A stretch of DNA of 60,521 bases, counting the filler, from Sphacelaria rigidula (taxonomy: Eukaryota): the NCBI GenBank assembly GCA_964200075.2. It is 8 parts of 8 records of this genome, joined end to end, with 100 filler letters (N's around TTAATTAATTAA, not from the genome) between each part and the next. Parts side by side here need not be neighbours in the genome. Positions count along the whole stretch, not along the records: positions 30,313 to 37,790 come from CAXNAA020014739.1; positions 37,891 to 45,367 come from CAXNAA020014740.1; positions 45,468 to 52,944 come from CAXNAA020014741.1; 5 more parts are not named here. One strand, written 5' to 3'. The notes beneath the pieces were generated by a model that was given only the letters and a program-made list of their open reading frames with translations, made no database searches and was not told the DNA's origin. Of this stretch, positions 35,601 through 48,640 are shown piece by piece (the stretch's first letter is position 1; every line of letters begins with the position of its first letter). A program made the translations under genes and the position numbers.

Positions 35601-37497
35601 AAAAACACTTGCGCGCACGCTACCGAGATCCCACGGAGGTTCATAAAATCGATCTCGGTAGAACATGTACACTTTTCTTGCACCTAATCGAATAACAACC
35701 GATGAATAACGAAAGCAAGCACTTCACGTTTTAGCGGCCAGTATCCAGGGCACATGGTGTCACACCGACGCTTCCTGCATCCCTCTGGTCCACGTACAGC
35801 ATACCTCGCGAGATACGTGGGGCATCATGTGCGTCGCTGAATATAAATCGCTGTATGATACATTACTGTACACGTCAGGATGGACATGAACGGGGATGCA
35901 AACACTCGCGCAGACAATCACGACATATCACAGCCCAACGTACAGGGCACCCGGTGACATTATTCCCGGCAATGATAGAATCACGAGTGGCTTATGAAGC
36001 CAGGAATATAAGTTGACATTACACCACAACTCCACGCAAGAGGTATATCGCGCGCCCGCTCCGGACATTTCCCGGATTCGTTTACGCCGCACGTGGGAAA
36101 CAATGACCCACTGTCAGCGCGTCCTAGGATATAAACCAACTCACGAGACAGACCAGTGCACATTCCCTCGCGACCCATAACAAGAACGACTATGGTCACA
36201 CGCAAACGATGACCACATTTCTGCGGTCGACGTCCAATGTGCCCAGCGGAAACACATACATGCAGATATATCATGCAAGCAACCAGCACTCATACTAGCG
36301 GACACAATCCAGGATGAATGCTGTCATCCAAACGCAGACCACGTCTCTCTCATGATCGGACAACATGCGTCGCAAGAGAAATTAATAATCTTACGGGTAC
36401 TGAGACATCAACCGTCGTATGAAAGCACCCACTATGGACCAGGGTGGACCTGAACAAGGGTGCATGTACACTCACGGACAGACGCGAAATATGGCGGCGT
36501 AACGTACAGCGCACCCAGAGACGCAACCGAATTGCCGGGCATCACAGAATAATCACCGGTTCATTAAACCAGCTGCATACGTCTGCGGTCTACCATATAC
36601 CGACGCAAACGATATCGTGTGCCCATCGCCGACATTTACGGGATTCATTAACACCTCACATTCATGAGAAAACAACGAGCCATTTCCAGCGCATCGTCGT
36701 ATGACCGCCAATTCATGAAACTGACCCATGCACATATTCGCGATCTGTACCCGGAATAAAAGTGGTCACGCGAACGCTGACTATATCCCTGCGGTCAGAG
36801 TACAAAGTGCCCAGAAAAATACATACGCCGTTCATGTCCCGCATGTCGCAGACCACCCACTGGATTATGAAAACAAATAATAGACATCACCCAGGCCATC
36901 AGCCGGGATGCACGTAACCACGCAAACGCTCGAGACAGGGCTTCACGGAGTAACACCCGATGTATGGCATCCATTGTTACTTGTGCACTTTGCCAGAAAG
37001 CAAGCGAGACAACAATTCAGTCGCGCGCACGCTACCTGTGCCCCGCGAATGCTATGAATAATCGGTTGTTATTTGGTGATGTGCAAAACCAGTACGATAT
37101 ACGCAGTAAGAAAATATGAAGGCGTCCTGCACGTCGTGGAATATCAACCCGAATATGAAACCTCACGGAATGGACCACGATGGCCACGGACGGGGGTGCA
37201 TACACGCTCACGCAGAGACGCTCACGATATCTCGCGCGGCCTGACGTACGGCACACCCGCAGACATTAATGAATCGCCGGGCATCACAGAGTAACAACCG
37301 GTTTATGAAACCAGCTCTATACGTTTGCACTCCGCCAACATTCGACGCAACCAACAGCAAACCTTGAAAGCAATCTCGTGCGTGTCATGGACGGACAGCC
37401 GCTTCACAAAACCCCTACACACACGTTATTATGAATCCCGCGCGAATCGAGGCGGATATATACGGGCGCCAACGATTGTCTCATGTCCTATAGATTT

Positions 37498-37770
37498 GAC
37501 ACGTGCTACGACAGCCCCCCCCCCCCCCCAAAAAGGGCCGGCTTTTGGGGCCAAAAAACTCTCGGTAAACTGAGGCGGGAAAGGCGGGGACGCCGACAAA
37601 GTGGGAAGTCCCACCCGTTGGGTTCGTTGTAGCCAATGGCGCCAACATGACGCGCTTCATACAGCCTGAACCCAAACATCAGGCGCTCTATCTCCATTTT
37701 TTTCAGGACACTTTTGAGCTGGTTTTTTCGGGGGGGGGGGGGGGGGGGGTCCCAACAGAAAGGGTGTGTT
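37498..37770. mobile_element. MITE of the CTACGATAG-polyC family (degenerate copy)
   Basis: Internal sequence matches 43322-43565. Confidence 0.7.
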
Positions 37771-38533
37771 TTTTAAACAGGGGCGACACTNNNNNNNNNN
37801 NNNNNNNNNNNNNNNNNNNNNNNNNNNNNNNNNNTTAATTAATTAANNNNNNNNNNNNNNNNNNNNNNNNNNNNNNNNNNNNNNNNNNNNGATCATGAGT
37901 ACACCCCCCCCTCCTTCCCCCCAGAGGCGGTCGAGAATGTGGAAAATCGAATAATGGTGTCCAAAAAATAAAAAATCCTGTTTCTTTGCCAGAATACGGA
38001 ATTGAATGGTACCTCCACCACCACGATGCTGGCCTGTACCCGAACAGCCCAGAACTGATGAGTTTGGGCATATCGGTTGTTCTAGCGGCCGCAGGAGAGA
38101 GAACTTGGCCGTTGGATGATGACTTTTCAGTCGAGGTGACCGATGGAAGATGACTTTGGGGTAATTGTTTTAGTAGTGAAGCCACAATGCTGGAGAGGGC
38201 CGCGTACTCAAGACGCGAACCCGAGGGCGTTCTGTTTGTCGATCAAAGGAAAGTGTACCACGAGGTGTACGTGTTGCTGAGTGACACCACCAATGTGGCT
38301 TTACTGTATAATTCCAACCGGCAAAAAATGTTCTGACAGTACTCCCATGGTATCAACCAATTGTAGATGATTCAAGGACGATCACCTGGTGCCTGCGTAG
38401 GCAGTGCCCGCGTTCGGACCGCTGTGTCGAGGGGCAATCTCCAGAGTGTTGACAAGTTACAGTTCTGTGTTCTTTATTATTCGTGCTGGCATAAACTGCT
38501 CCAACAAATGGGGTCTTACAACAACCACGGCTA

Positions 38534-39746
38534 CACGAGCTGGGCCAGCCTAGAAGCGGATTTGTAGTTTGCAGGCGAATTCGAAATTTTTACTATAGTT
38601 GGACAGAGAAATTTGGTATGGACAATCAACAGAGCATAAAAAAAAAATGTGTGCGGGGTCCTGAAGTTATTTTTCGGGATGATTGAACGGCATTTTACAA
38701 AAACCATAAAACTGATTATTGCCCTTAACTCATGAAAAAAAAATGAGACCCCGCACACACCTTTTTTTTATGCCATGTTGATTGTACATGCCATGTTGAT
38801 TGTACATATCAAATTTCACTGTCCAACTCCAAGTAAAAATTTGCGAAACCGCCTTTTAAACACCGGGCCGGTGAAAATTCGGAGCAGTATTTTGCAGGCC
38901 GCTTACCGACGCAAGTTGGGTGTTTGTGTTCTAAAAAACCTTGTGCGGAACCTCGCTAGGTCATGATCAACCAAGAAAAATGGACCAAGTTGGTTTTGAT
39001 TTATTTTTTCGCTTGTTTAGGGCGTTTTAGTACGGTAACGACCATTTGATTACGAGAACGCCCGAACATCTCATTAAAAAAAAAATGAAAGTCCATTTTT
39101 TTTTTATTCGGCATACCTACGTCGTTCTCCATGCTAAGTTTCAAATCACAATTTTGAAAATTGAGCTAAATAATTGAGATGAGGCCCACGAGCAATGTTC
39201 ATTTCTCCTCAAAACTCCCCCAAAAACACGAAAAAGAATGAAAAAAACGAAAAAAATGTTAAACGCTCTTTTCTCAATCTTCATTATGCACGAGGGACTA
39301 TCCACACCAAATTTCATAGCACAACTCTCAAAAACTGAGACGCGATATCCAGATTTAGGGCATCTAGTGCCGCTGCTCGTAATATATTGATTTTAGTATT
39401 GAACCCTATATGTGCGACAAATCTCGAGATAGATTACGAATTAAGTGAAGGTGAGGGTACCTATCGTCTCCCCGTGCTCCAGGAAAGGTCCACACAAGAA
39501 ATCGCCATCATCCGCTGAATGCATCGTTCGGGGTTTCATATCGCTTTGAGTGTAGACGCTATCTCCGTACGGTATAGGAATTACTAGACATGGGGTTTAA
39601 TCAACGAGAAACAATTGGCCCATATTTTCGAGCAGATGGGCACCTTCCCCTTGATTAGACGATTAATACAATATGCGGGTCACGGCCCAACTCGTCTGTG
39701 TCGTTGAGATATTGCTTCAAGAGCTTAAATCCGTTTTTAGGCTGTG
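38534..39746. mobile_element. Second, inverted and shorter copy of the CACGAG-ended DNA transposon
   Basis: Starts CACGAGCTGGGCCAGCCTAGA. Bases 39100-39740 are the reverse complement of parts of 23270-23460 and 24360-24740. Confidence 0.8.
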
Positions 39747-40960
39747 AAGACAACAACAACAACGTCGGATACACGATTCTACCACCTGCTGTGCAACTGT
39801 ACCATACACAACTTGCACAACCGTAGCATACACAGCTTGTACACAAGCCTAGCACAAGCCGGGAAAAGCCTGGCACAAGCCGGGAAAAGCCGCTCATGCA
39901 CGCACTGCACAGTACATACAGTAACTGCTATCGCCATTATCCATTATCAGGGGGTACCCACCCCTCCAAAAGGGGGTACCTCCCCTCCCCCATCGCCAAG
40001 AATGAGGTTTTCGGTAATCAGGGGCGGTGTACTGTGTAATGTATTCCAGTCTGAAAGACCCCTTGGTTGGCGACAAGTTGGCGATAACATTTAGGATTCC
40101 AGGATGGAAAACGACCATATTCATTGTGGAAAAGTTAAAAAATTATCCGTTGTGCACACGTATCTGTTTTGTCAGCTGTTCGGTAATATCAACCGGCAGT
40201 TTGTGAGCAGGGATAGGTAGAATTGAGCCTGAGTTTTCGAAGTAGGTAGACATTACTACGGTTAACAAATGAAGTTCAATATGATCGTGAGTTAATGCTT
40301 CATCAAGCCTGCTAACTTTACCGTGTACTTGTTTCGGGGGTGGTAAAATACGTGACCGTAAATCATGCGAAACACTGGAAATGCGTCGGCGTTTTCGTGG
40401 TCATGATCATGGTTGCCCTCACCACCTCAACATCCTTTCACAAGCGAGACATACCGTCACGTCTCGTCGTTTTGCCGCTTTCTTCCTAATCTTGGCCAGC
40501 GTCTGTGGTGCTCCCTGCTGGAGGCAGTCGTCCTCCGTACATACACTGAGTATGGCTCGCAGGCCGCCTTGTGAATACCGGGCCGGGCCATCTGTCTGGC
40601 GGTGTCGAGGCAAACCTAGTACTGGTGCTAGACGATTTTGAAGTCTTCCTTTTCGAGCGCCATTACTGAAGATGTTTGATGGCGGCGGCATCGCTACAAA
40701 GTCGGCCGGAGATATAGATGGTGCCAACATAAACGCAAGGGCAGACGTGATACATGGCATTGCGCTTTCAGCCGACACGACTTTCGTGTGTAACGGAGAT
40801 CGTGCTTGCTCTGTCAAGTGAGTGCGTTACACCCGTTTATGTCCACATTTGCCTGTGATGTGTGCTGATCAGATCCATTTATTTGTGGAAATTGGTGTCT
40901 CCGACGAGTGTTTCACACCGTCATGTATGGATATGATGTGCATCATCGAGACGTACTATC

Positions 40961-41207
40961 GAGTAATGTCGCGACAACCCCCCCCCCCAAAACCCGCCTT
41001 AAAACTTCCACGAAGAAAATGGCCATATAGCGCATGACAGCTGGTTTCAGACTGGATGGCGCGCCTCATATGGGCAACATTGAATTGGCGGAAACGATCC
41101 CAAGCGTTGGAGATTTTGTCATTCTGAAGGAATGTAGATTCGCCTCCTCAAACCAGCCACACATCTGGGGGGGGGGGAGGGAGGGGGGGGCTATCGCGGC
41201 ATCATTC
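40961..41207. mobile_element. MITE related to the CTACGATAG family (inverted)
   Basis: TIR GAGTAATGTCGCGACAACCCC / GGGGCTATCGCGGCATCATTC, with internal similarity to 43322-43565. Confidence 0.7.
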
Positions 41208-43321
41208 TGTATCAATCCCTGAAAAACTCCCTGGAGTAGTAAGTTTAGGCTACCTTGGCACCATACCACCACCTACAACAACAGTGCTGTCCTTACCGTG
41301 GCATGTGCAGTGAGCGCATATCCACCTCGTACCCCTTGTTCAAAATGTGCTGCTACTGACAGAAACACGGAAAACGAGAACAAGGGCACCTATCTTGCTC
41401 CCTGAACGGGCCCAAAACGACAAGAAGGTATGCTTGTTCATCTCTACTGCCCCTGCCCTATTTTTGCCACAATTCGCCGAATCTTGTCACTGTTGTATCA
41501 TTTTTACTTTTTCGACCGTTTGGTGGACAAAAAAGAAGAAAATGGTGTTTACCTTTCACAGCCGTTGTTGCCTCGCAGAGGCAGGTTTTCAACTGCTCGT
41601 CATTACCAGCCACTTTGTAGCCAGTACCTCGGCCACCACCAAAGCACGCTAGATGAAACGAACTGTGCTGGCAATCACAGACACAAAATTCAAAAGCGCT
41701 GGGTCACACGATGATGATTCGCAGTCACTTGTGGCGCGAAAACCCGCACTTCGGCAGGATTACGAGTCAGGTAGGTGTTTTTGGCTTGTTACCATGCTGC
41801 CTCAGTGCGGGTCTACTTACCAAGGTAACTTGACTTCACTTGTTATAAAACGTGTGCAAATTCGCCAACCGTCGTACCCTACGTGGCGAAAATTCGCAAG
41901 TTAGCAGCTACAGTCGTGGTCTCATTTCGAGACAGGTATATGTGTCCGCAGGAAAATCCGGCCCTACACCTGGACTCGGCCTCAGATTGGTGTGGCATTC
42001 CTCATACTGTTTTGGTTCAGGTAAAATTCCATCAAAGGTTATGACATATAAAATATATCCTGCCACGCTATATATGTCGCAACCTTTGAGCTCCGTCGGC
42101 CACAGCATGACCTACAGTAAGGCGAGGACAGACTTGAAATGAGTCAGATATTATTGTACACAGAGTGAAAATATCGGTATGTGAGAAGAAGAATCACAGG
42201 CGGTAGAGGAACACGCCATGCACACTACCCAAGACGAAATGAGCCTACTGGCACGCGGTTGTTTGATGTTGATAAGTCACGTGATGAATAAATGGCTATT
42301 ATGGTACATGGTGGTATAATACTTTGAGTTGCCCTCCGATCACGTTCAAGGGTATGCGGCCTCGATAACCAAAGTTTAAACGAACGGGCCAGCCATTGCT
42401 GCACCTCTCTGGAATACTTTTGCCAGCGGTCACTTCAAGCACCCACTGGCTACTCATCTGCGGAGCAAAAAACTGCTATTAACGCTACTGGAATCGTAGC
42501 TGACACATTCAGGGGGGAGTAACCAAGGGTGAAACGAACGAGAGAAGTAGTCGTTAGGACGTGACCGAAAAACCCGAATCCCTTAGACAGGCGGGGCACC
42601 CTAAAACAATATTGAACAATGTAGAGCTGTCAAGTACAAGTAAACCGAAAAATAGGGAAGTTTCTAAAACCCTGATTGCATAGGTTCCACGCAAACGGCG
42701 CTGAGAAGAATGTACAGGGGTGTGACTGGTTGCGTGATCGTGAAGCGTGTGTGTCAAAGGAACCCAGCTCGATCAGTCAGAAGCCGTTATGCAGAGGAAT
42801 GAATGAACCCTAATATACTGCAGGAAACACACCCAGCGCTACAGATGAGTACATGGGCACTCGAATGGAGCGCGTTACCTTGACAAAGCATACAGTACAA
42901 GGATCGTCCCACTGCAAGACCGATCTGCCTCAAACATGGTCTGACTTTAACCCCCCTCACGACTGCAAAGTGGTCATCCTGAGTCCTGATCAGTTTTGAA
43001 TCAGTGCAAAAAATGGCACGTGATTACAGCGTGCACGTTCTCCTGTTGTAGTAAGATCCCAAAAATCTTGCGGTTGGGGGGTCAAGGCCAGGCGACAATC
43101 AACCCCATCCCGAAAAATTACCGATGACCCTTTATTATAGATAATATGTGTGTATTGGGACCCTGCCTTAAATCGCTTGATCTTCAAGCATGGCTGCACT
43201 GATGGTCGAACATTACGATTATTTAAACAGGATATTTGAGATAGGGCATCCACTTGTGCGTGGTGGAGACTTGGCGTTCTGCAAGAACGTAGGAGTCGTT
43301 CTCAGATCCGAACTACCTACC

Positions 43322-43565
43322 GACACTTTCTACGATAGCCCCCCCCAAAGAAGTGCATGGTTTTGGGAGGGAAAATATTCACGTAAATCGAAATGGGAAA
43401 AGCCGAGCACAACGAGAAGCTGGGAGTTCCCACGATTGGGTTCAAGCCAATGTCGCCAATATGAGGCGCTTCATGCAGCCTGAACCCGAACATCAGGCGC
43501 TGAATGGCCATTTTTTTCGTGACACTTTTAGCTGGTTTTGGGGAGGGGCTATCGTAGAAAGTGTC
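43322..43565. mobile_element. 244-bp MITE with 4-bp TSD
   Basis: Perfect TIR GACACTTTCTACGATAGCCCC and TACC duplicated on both sides. Another right end lies at ~22810-22833. Confidence 0.88.
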
Positions 43566-44127
43566 TACCGTTCGGGGTACGGTACGAGTATCCTCTTATA
43601 ATGTAGTTTATTCTATGTAGACCCGAGATGTATTGAACATGATAGTTGAAGCACTGAAACATGGAATTATCCACTGGTTACTACGAGTATGCTCGATTTA
43701 CTATGGAAAACAAGACGATGTGTGTATTGATATGTATCGTATTTTCGTTGGACGTACTCCCCGTGTGGTTGTTGAGTTGTTTGATGGAAATTATGCTCTG
43801 TAGGATACGCCCGTTTGCATGAAATGCCTCCATGTTCTACTTGTCTTCAATTCTGGGGACTGATAGATGCCTTAAGCCTTCCCGTTTCCGCTGTTTCCCT
43901 GGGTCGACAATTGTAAGGTATCCAAACAAACATGGATGCGGTCCTGAGTTTGGGACCGATACGTGGCTATGAAGCAATGCTGGTGGGCGGATAGGGACCG
44001 ACGATGGAGCTCGACGCTTGCTGCACAGTCGACTGAGGTACACGGCCTACGTTCCCGAAGGTTCCCGAAGTGCCCTCGGTTTGTATCTTGTTATGAGGAA
44101 GGGAGGGAAATTTCCGTAGCCATGTGC

Positions 44128-45367
44128 TGTGACGCCGGCCAGTGAAAGAACTGCTGGATCACTGCTGATGAAAGATTCCCCAGTCTTACTGGCCTCAGTT
44201 TCAGTTGTCAGCCTTTCCAACATTTTCATTATTCAGGAGTGCCCACGTAGGCACAGCCTCCTAGACACGCCAGGGTGTCAACCTAGTGTCCCCAGTCATT
44301 ATCCATATCATCACTGCCAGCTCAGCGTAACGGCGTTATTTCGCCACAGCACCCCCAAAGCGCGTTGGACGAAAATCGATCAACAAGCTTGACACATTGA
44401 AAACGCCAAAACGATGAGTACGTCATAATTGAATACCAAACTCACTCGAAAAGCGAGCAGCAACGACGCGAGTAAAGCGCAATTTACGCAAGTCCTTCGT
44501 AAGAAATTCCGGACCGGCCTCAAAAAATATCCTTGAAAGGCTCCCACGTACGCTCCTCAACTTCGGAACCAACCCAGTCCACCAACACGATCAACGAACG
44601 ATCATCTGCTTCTGCCACTCGAACAATACCAGCCATCTGAAATTGCCCCTGATTGAAAGCATGCTGCAACACGTTCTTAACGTCAGCCGCAACATTCAGC
44701 TGCGAGTCTGCATAAAAACGCAAACGAGCTACACAGGCGGTCTGAACACGGTCCGAAACAATGTTCTGAACCTCAAACACGTGCGGGTGGTGAGCACCAA
44801 CCACTCTCCATGGACCAGTCCACGTCGCCATCAACTTGGGCGTAACACCCGGACGATGCACGCGTGCATACGAGACATAATCGCCTACCTCAAAATTCTT
44901 TAATTCCAACCCCGACGAGGACCCCTCACGTCTACGCGCACGTTCAGCGGCAACACGTTCCTGCACTTGAACGTGGAAACGTTCTTGCAAGTTCAAGACT
45001 CCTTACGGTGCACTCTTGATTTGAATATCGTCCAGAACTTCACACTTCTATTCCCCCGCCGACGAAGACGCCAGCGCCGAGAAAGACGTCCGAGGGGCAA
45101 GACCAAACATCACGTGGTACGGCATGCTATCGTAACGACGACTATACATACGCTGTATTAAGCGCCCATTGCACCGCCGGCAACACGCCCACCCACTCGG
45201 AAACCGCTCTACGCTGCTCGAGAAGAATAGAGCGAAGAGCACGAGCTACTTCCCCGACCATGCGTTCGCACGTACCGTAAGACCACGGAGAATACGCTAC
45301 CGCAAACTGGTGATCAACGCGCAAAGCCTCTCGCAATCGGGCCAAGATCGCATTCTTGAAATGCGTG
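44128..45367 (-). mobile_element. 3' end of a chromodomain-bearing Ty3/gypsy element (integrase, chromodomain, PPT, 3' LTR 44128-44348)
   Basis: AYSPWSYGTCER..WALNTAY; FEVGDYV..KLMATWTGPW; chromodomain VLVDWVGSEVEERTWEP. PPT TTTGGGGGTGC is followed by a 221-bp TGTGGCG..CGTCACA LTR. Confidence 0.88.
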
Positions 45368-45467
45368 NNNNNNNNNNNNNNNNNNNNNNNNNNNNNNNNN
45401 NNNNNNNNNNNTTAATTAATTAANNNNNNNNNNNNNNNNNNNNNNNNNNNNNNNNNNNNNNNNNNNN

Positions 45468-45528
45468 TTCCGGTGATGAGATATTGCTCTGCCAGGTTAA
45501 ATCCGTTTCTGGGCTGGCCCAGCTCGTA
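45468..45528. mobile_element. Terminus of a CACGAG-family transposon inserted into gypsy RNase H
   Basis: GATATTGCT..AAATCCGTTTCTGGGCTGGCCCAGCTCGT matches 39708-39742 and the 23254 end. RNase H homology stops at LHTDA. Confidence 0.8.
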
Positions 45529-47986
45529 GCATCGGTGTGTAGTTGGAAAAGACGTGAGCCGTCTCGTACCGCATCCCAGTCCGGGAAACAAAGAACCGGT
45601 TTTTCGGTCAGTGTTTTGAGCAGTTCGCGGACGGTGGCTTCCATGTCTTTAGTGAAGACAGACGGGGCGTTTTTCTTCAATAAATCTGTGATGGGCCGGA
45701 TCCGCTTGGACATATTGGGCAAACAATTTCGATAATATGAAAGTCCACCCAACAGCGAGCGAAGCTGCGAAATATTGGTGGGCATGGGCATATCGGTCAT
45801 AGCCTTGACTTTGTTCGTGTCTGGGTGCAATCCAGCAGGAGAGATAGAGTGTCCCAAAAAATCAAATTCAGTGGCTCCGAGTCGAGCTTTGGGTGGAGAC
45901 AATTTTAAGTCGTGTGTACGCAAGCGGGAGAGGAATTCCCGTAGGGTGCGAACATGCGCCTTGGGGGAGGCATCAAAAGCGATAGCATCGTCTAGATACA
46001 TGATAACATGCTCGAGACCGTCAGTAACGCGTTGCATGAGGCGTTGAAAGCAGCCAGGTGCGGTGGCAGCGCCTTGTGGCATACGAAGATATTCAAAAAG
46101 CCCCGAAGATGTACACAACGGTGTCGAGGGAACTGTATCGGAGTGAATTGCATTTTGGAAAAATCCAGATGCCAGATCGAAAGTGCTGAAATGTTTTCCT
46201 TCGCCGAGAGAGTCGAAGACTTCGTCGATGCGAGGTATGAGGAGTTTTCCCACGATAGTGACGCGATTCATCCGTTTGTAATTCACGGTGATGCGTATGT
46301 TGCGACCTTTTGGGGGACAACCACGAGGGGTGAGGCCCATGGCGAAGACGAGTGTTGAATCAGACCAGCTCCTAAGCATGCATCCAAAATAGCATTGTCT
46401 TTTTTGGTGAGGAGGGGATTCGTTCGATATGGTTGAGACGAGATTGGCGAAACGCCGGGTTGCAGTGTTATCTCGAATGGCAATGTTTTACAATGCCTGA
46501 GATCTGTCTTGGATCGAGAAAATCTGTCCTGATATTCCAGGAGAACATCTTGTAGCTCTTGGATGACGGCGGGTTCCCAGCCCGGACCATGTAGGTCAAA
46601 CTGGATATCACGCAAATGGGGCGAAAGTTGGTTCCACATTTGTAGGAAATGTTCCCGAGACTCGACCGATAAGCGTTGAAGCACTTCATCAGGAGGTTTA
46701 GCAGGGTGTCGGTCGGATTCCACCATAGAAATCCGAGTCGGGGGTGAGGCAGATAGACTGAAGTATGGCTCATCGACGCAGTGGACAAAACCATCAGTCG
46801 GCGGCGTGAGATCAGGCGCCGGAGGGCCGGCTACACAGGTTTCGAGAGGAATGTTCATAAGAGGAGCCGCGGCGATGCCCAAGACATCGCCAGGTTCCAA
46901 ATTAGCATAGCCTGTGAGAGGCAGGAGTTGTTCGCCGTCCGAGACAAAATGCTCAGTGCCAGCGGGCGCACCAACTTTAGGCAGCAATTCCGCAAGGTAG
47001 TGGCCGGTGAGGGCAGGCATATCGTTGCGGCGAACAAGCGAAACTTCTAAGATTTGAGGCTCATCGGAAAGGGTGACACCACAACTGTCGTTGTACCGAA
47101 GATGGTGAGCCGCTCCGATAGCCTGTTCATTCTTTTTGTAGACTAAGGCACCATTGAGGGTACCAAAGTTTTCTAGATGGAGTTCTCCACGAGGCGCCGA
47201 CTTAGGCGATAATGGTGGAAGGGTGCGGTATGTGCGTTGGTCGAACCGCATGTAACTATCTCTGCCAAGGAGGAGAGCATGATGCATGGTACTGTCAGGG
47301 ACGATGTAAGCCCGGACTGCGAGGCTAGCCGAACGTGTGTCATGGTGGGAAAACTGTACACTACGACGAACACATTTTCGTGTCGTCAAGGGTGTTTTGG
47401 AGTCGCCGAAACCGCCCCAAACGCGAGGTTGGGTGATGATTTCGCAAAAATCGGAAGCAGCGCTAGTCTGCTTCATATGATTCCACATGGATTCGTTGAT
47501 GAATGTCTCCGGACAACCGCTGTCTAACAACGAGACACACGTGGCGCGCGCGGTGGCGTAAGGGCCGCAGTGTAATGCGACGCGGGTAGTGAAGGTGGCA
47601 GGATCAATGGACACCTTACCACCAATGCATGATAACGTGAAATGGTCAGGATTAGTTGGGCTGATCGTGAAAACGGAGGGCGGGTGATCCGCGGGGGGTT
47701 CGAAGGTATCGGTAGACAGCGCGGGGATCTGATCCGATCGTGAAGGGCAGCGTGAATCAAGATTTTGATCAATCTCGTATATGACTGGCTTGGAAGTGCA
47801 AGGGTCATCATTGAATAGAGATTGCTGCGAAGTGCTACAGAGGTCATCGGTGAAGGATGCTGTACCGTCTGAAAGGTCCGATTTGGAGTTCTCTTGGATG
47901 CCTGGCAATGTCATCGAGCTCAAAGTCGCCGCTTTTGGGGGAGAATGAGGTCGGAATTTTCCGCTGACGGGAGGGGGGTGTGTCAA
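45529..47986 (-). pseudogene. Gypsy pol: protease, RT, start of RNase H (frameshift near 46310)
   Basis: LLDSGCPETF, LLLGRD, PRIDE, FDLASGFFQ, MPQG, MYLDD, FLGH, LHTDA. Confidence 0.93.
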
Positions 47987-48640
47987 TGCTCACGCATCCT
48001 TGGGGGCATGACGACGAGGCTTCCTCTCGTGCCGTGACAAATGGCTGGGAACTTCCAAGACTTCTTGGGAAACTGCAACTGCGCCCAGTTGAGGTGGTGT
48101 TGTCAGCATCGGGGTATGCTTGGCCGAAACTTGTGGACTGTCCGCTGGCAAGCTCGGTACGAAGGGCACTGCTAAATGTGAAAGGGGACGAGTGTTGTCC
48201 ACTGTATGTTGGGGTATTTTCGCGGAAGAAGAGTGTCGCGAAAAAGGACTACGATCAGGCTGGGTTAGAGTCGAAGGGTTTGAAGTGGTCAGTTTCGAAC
48301 CATCAACATCAGAACCAGATGAACGAAGTCTGCTACAACCGGTGCGTGCGGTCGTTGAGGGAAGCCTGTGCCTCATGGGTCCGCGGTCGGTCTTCCCACA
48401 CCTCAGATTTATACTTAGTTCCGGAGGACCAATTCTGGAGCCAAGCACTGAGCTGGGTTGTGAGTCAACACAACGGTTACGCTGTGTGTGTGAAGATAGA
48501 GACCGAGGTCGAGGAGAACGGCCGTCATCAGATCTCCTACATAGTGTTGGGGGAGAACGGTTCGTCACCGGAGTGTGTGTTGGATGGGTCTTTGATGTTG
48601 CTATCGGCGGCGCCGGAGACTTCACGCCGTCGTCGGCGTG

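Noticed and set aside
40455..40810. Minus-strand open exon-like segment, phase-compatible with the last GCN2 exon
   Set aside because: It lies on a different, unlinked contig and shows no convincing HisRS-like motif.
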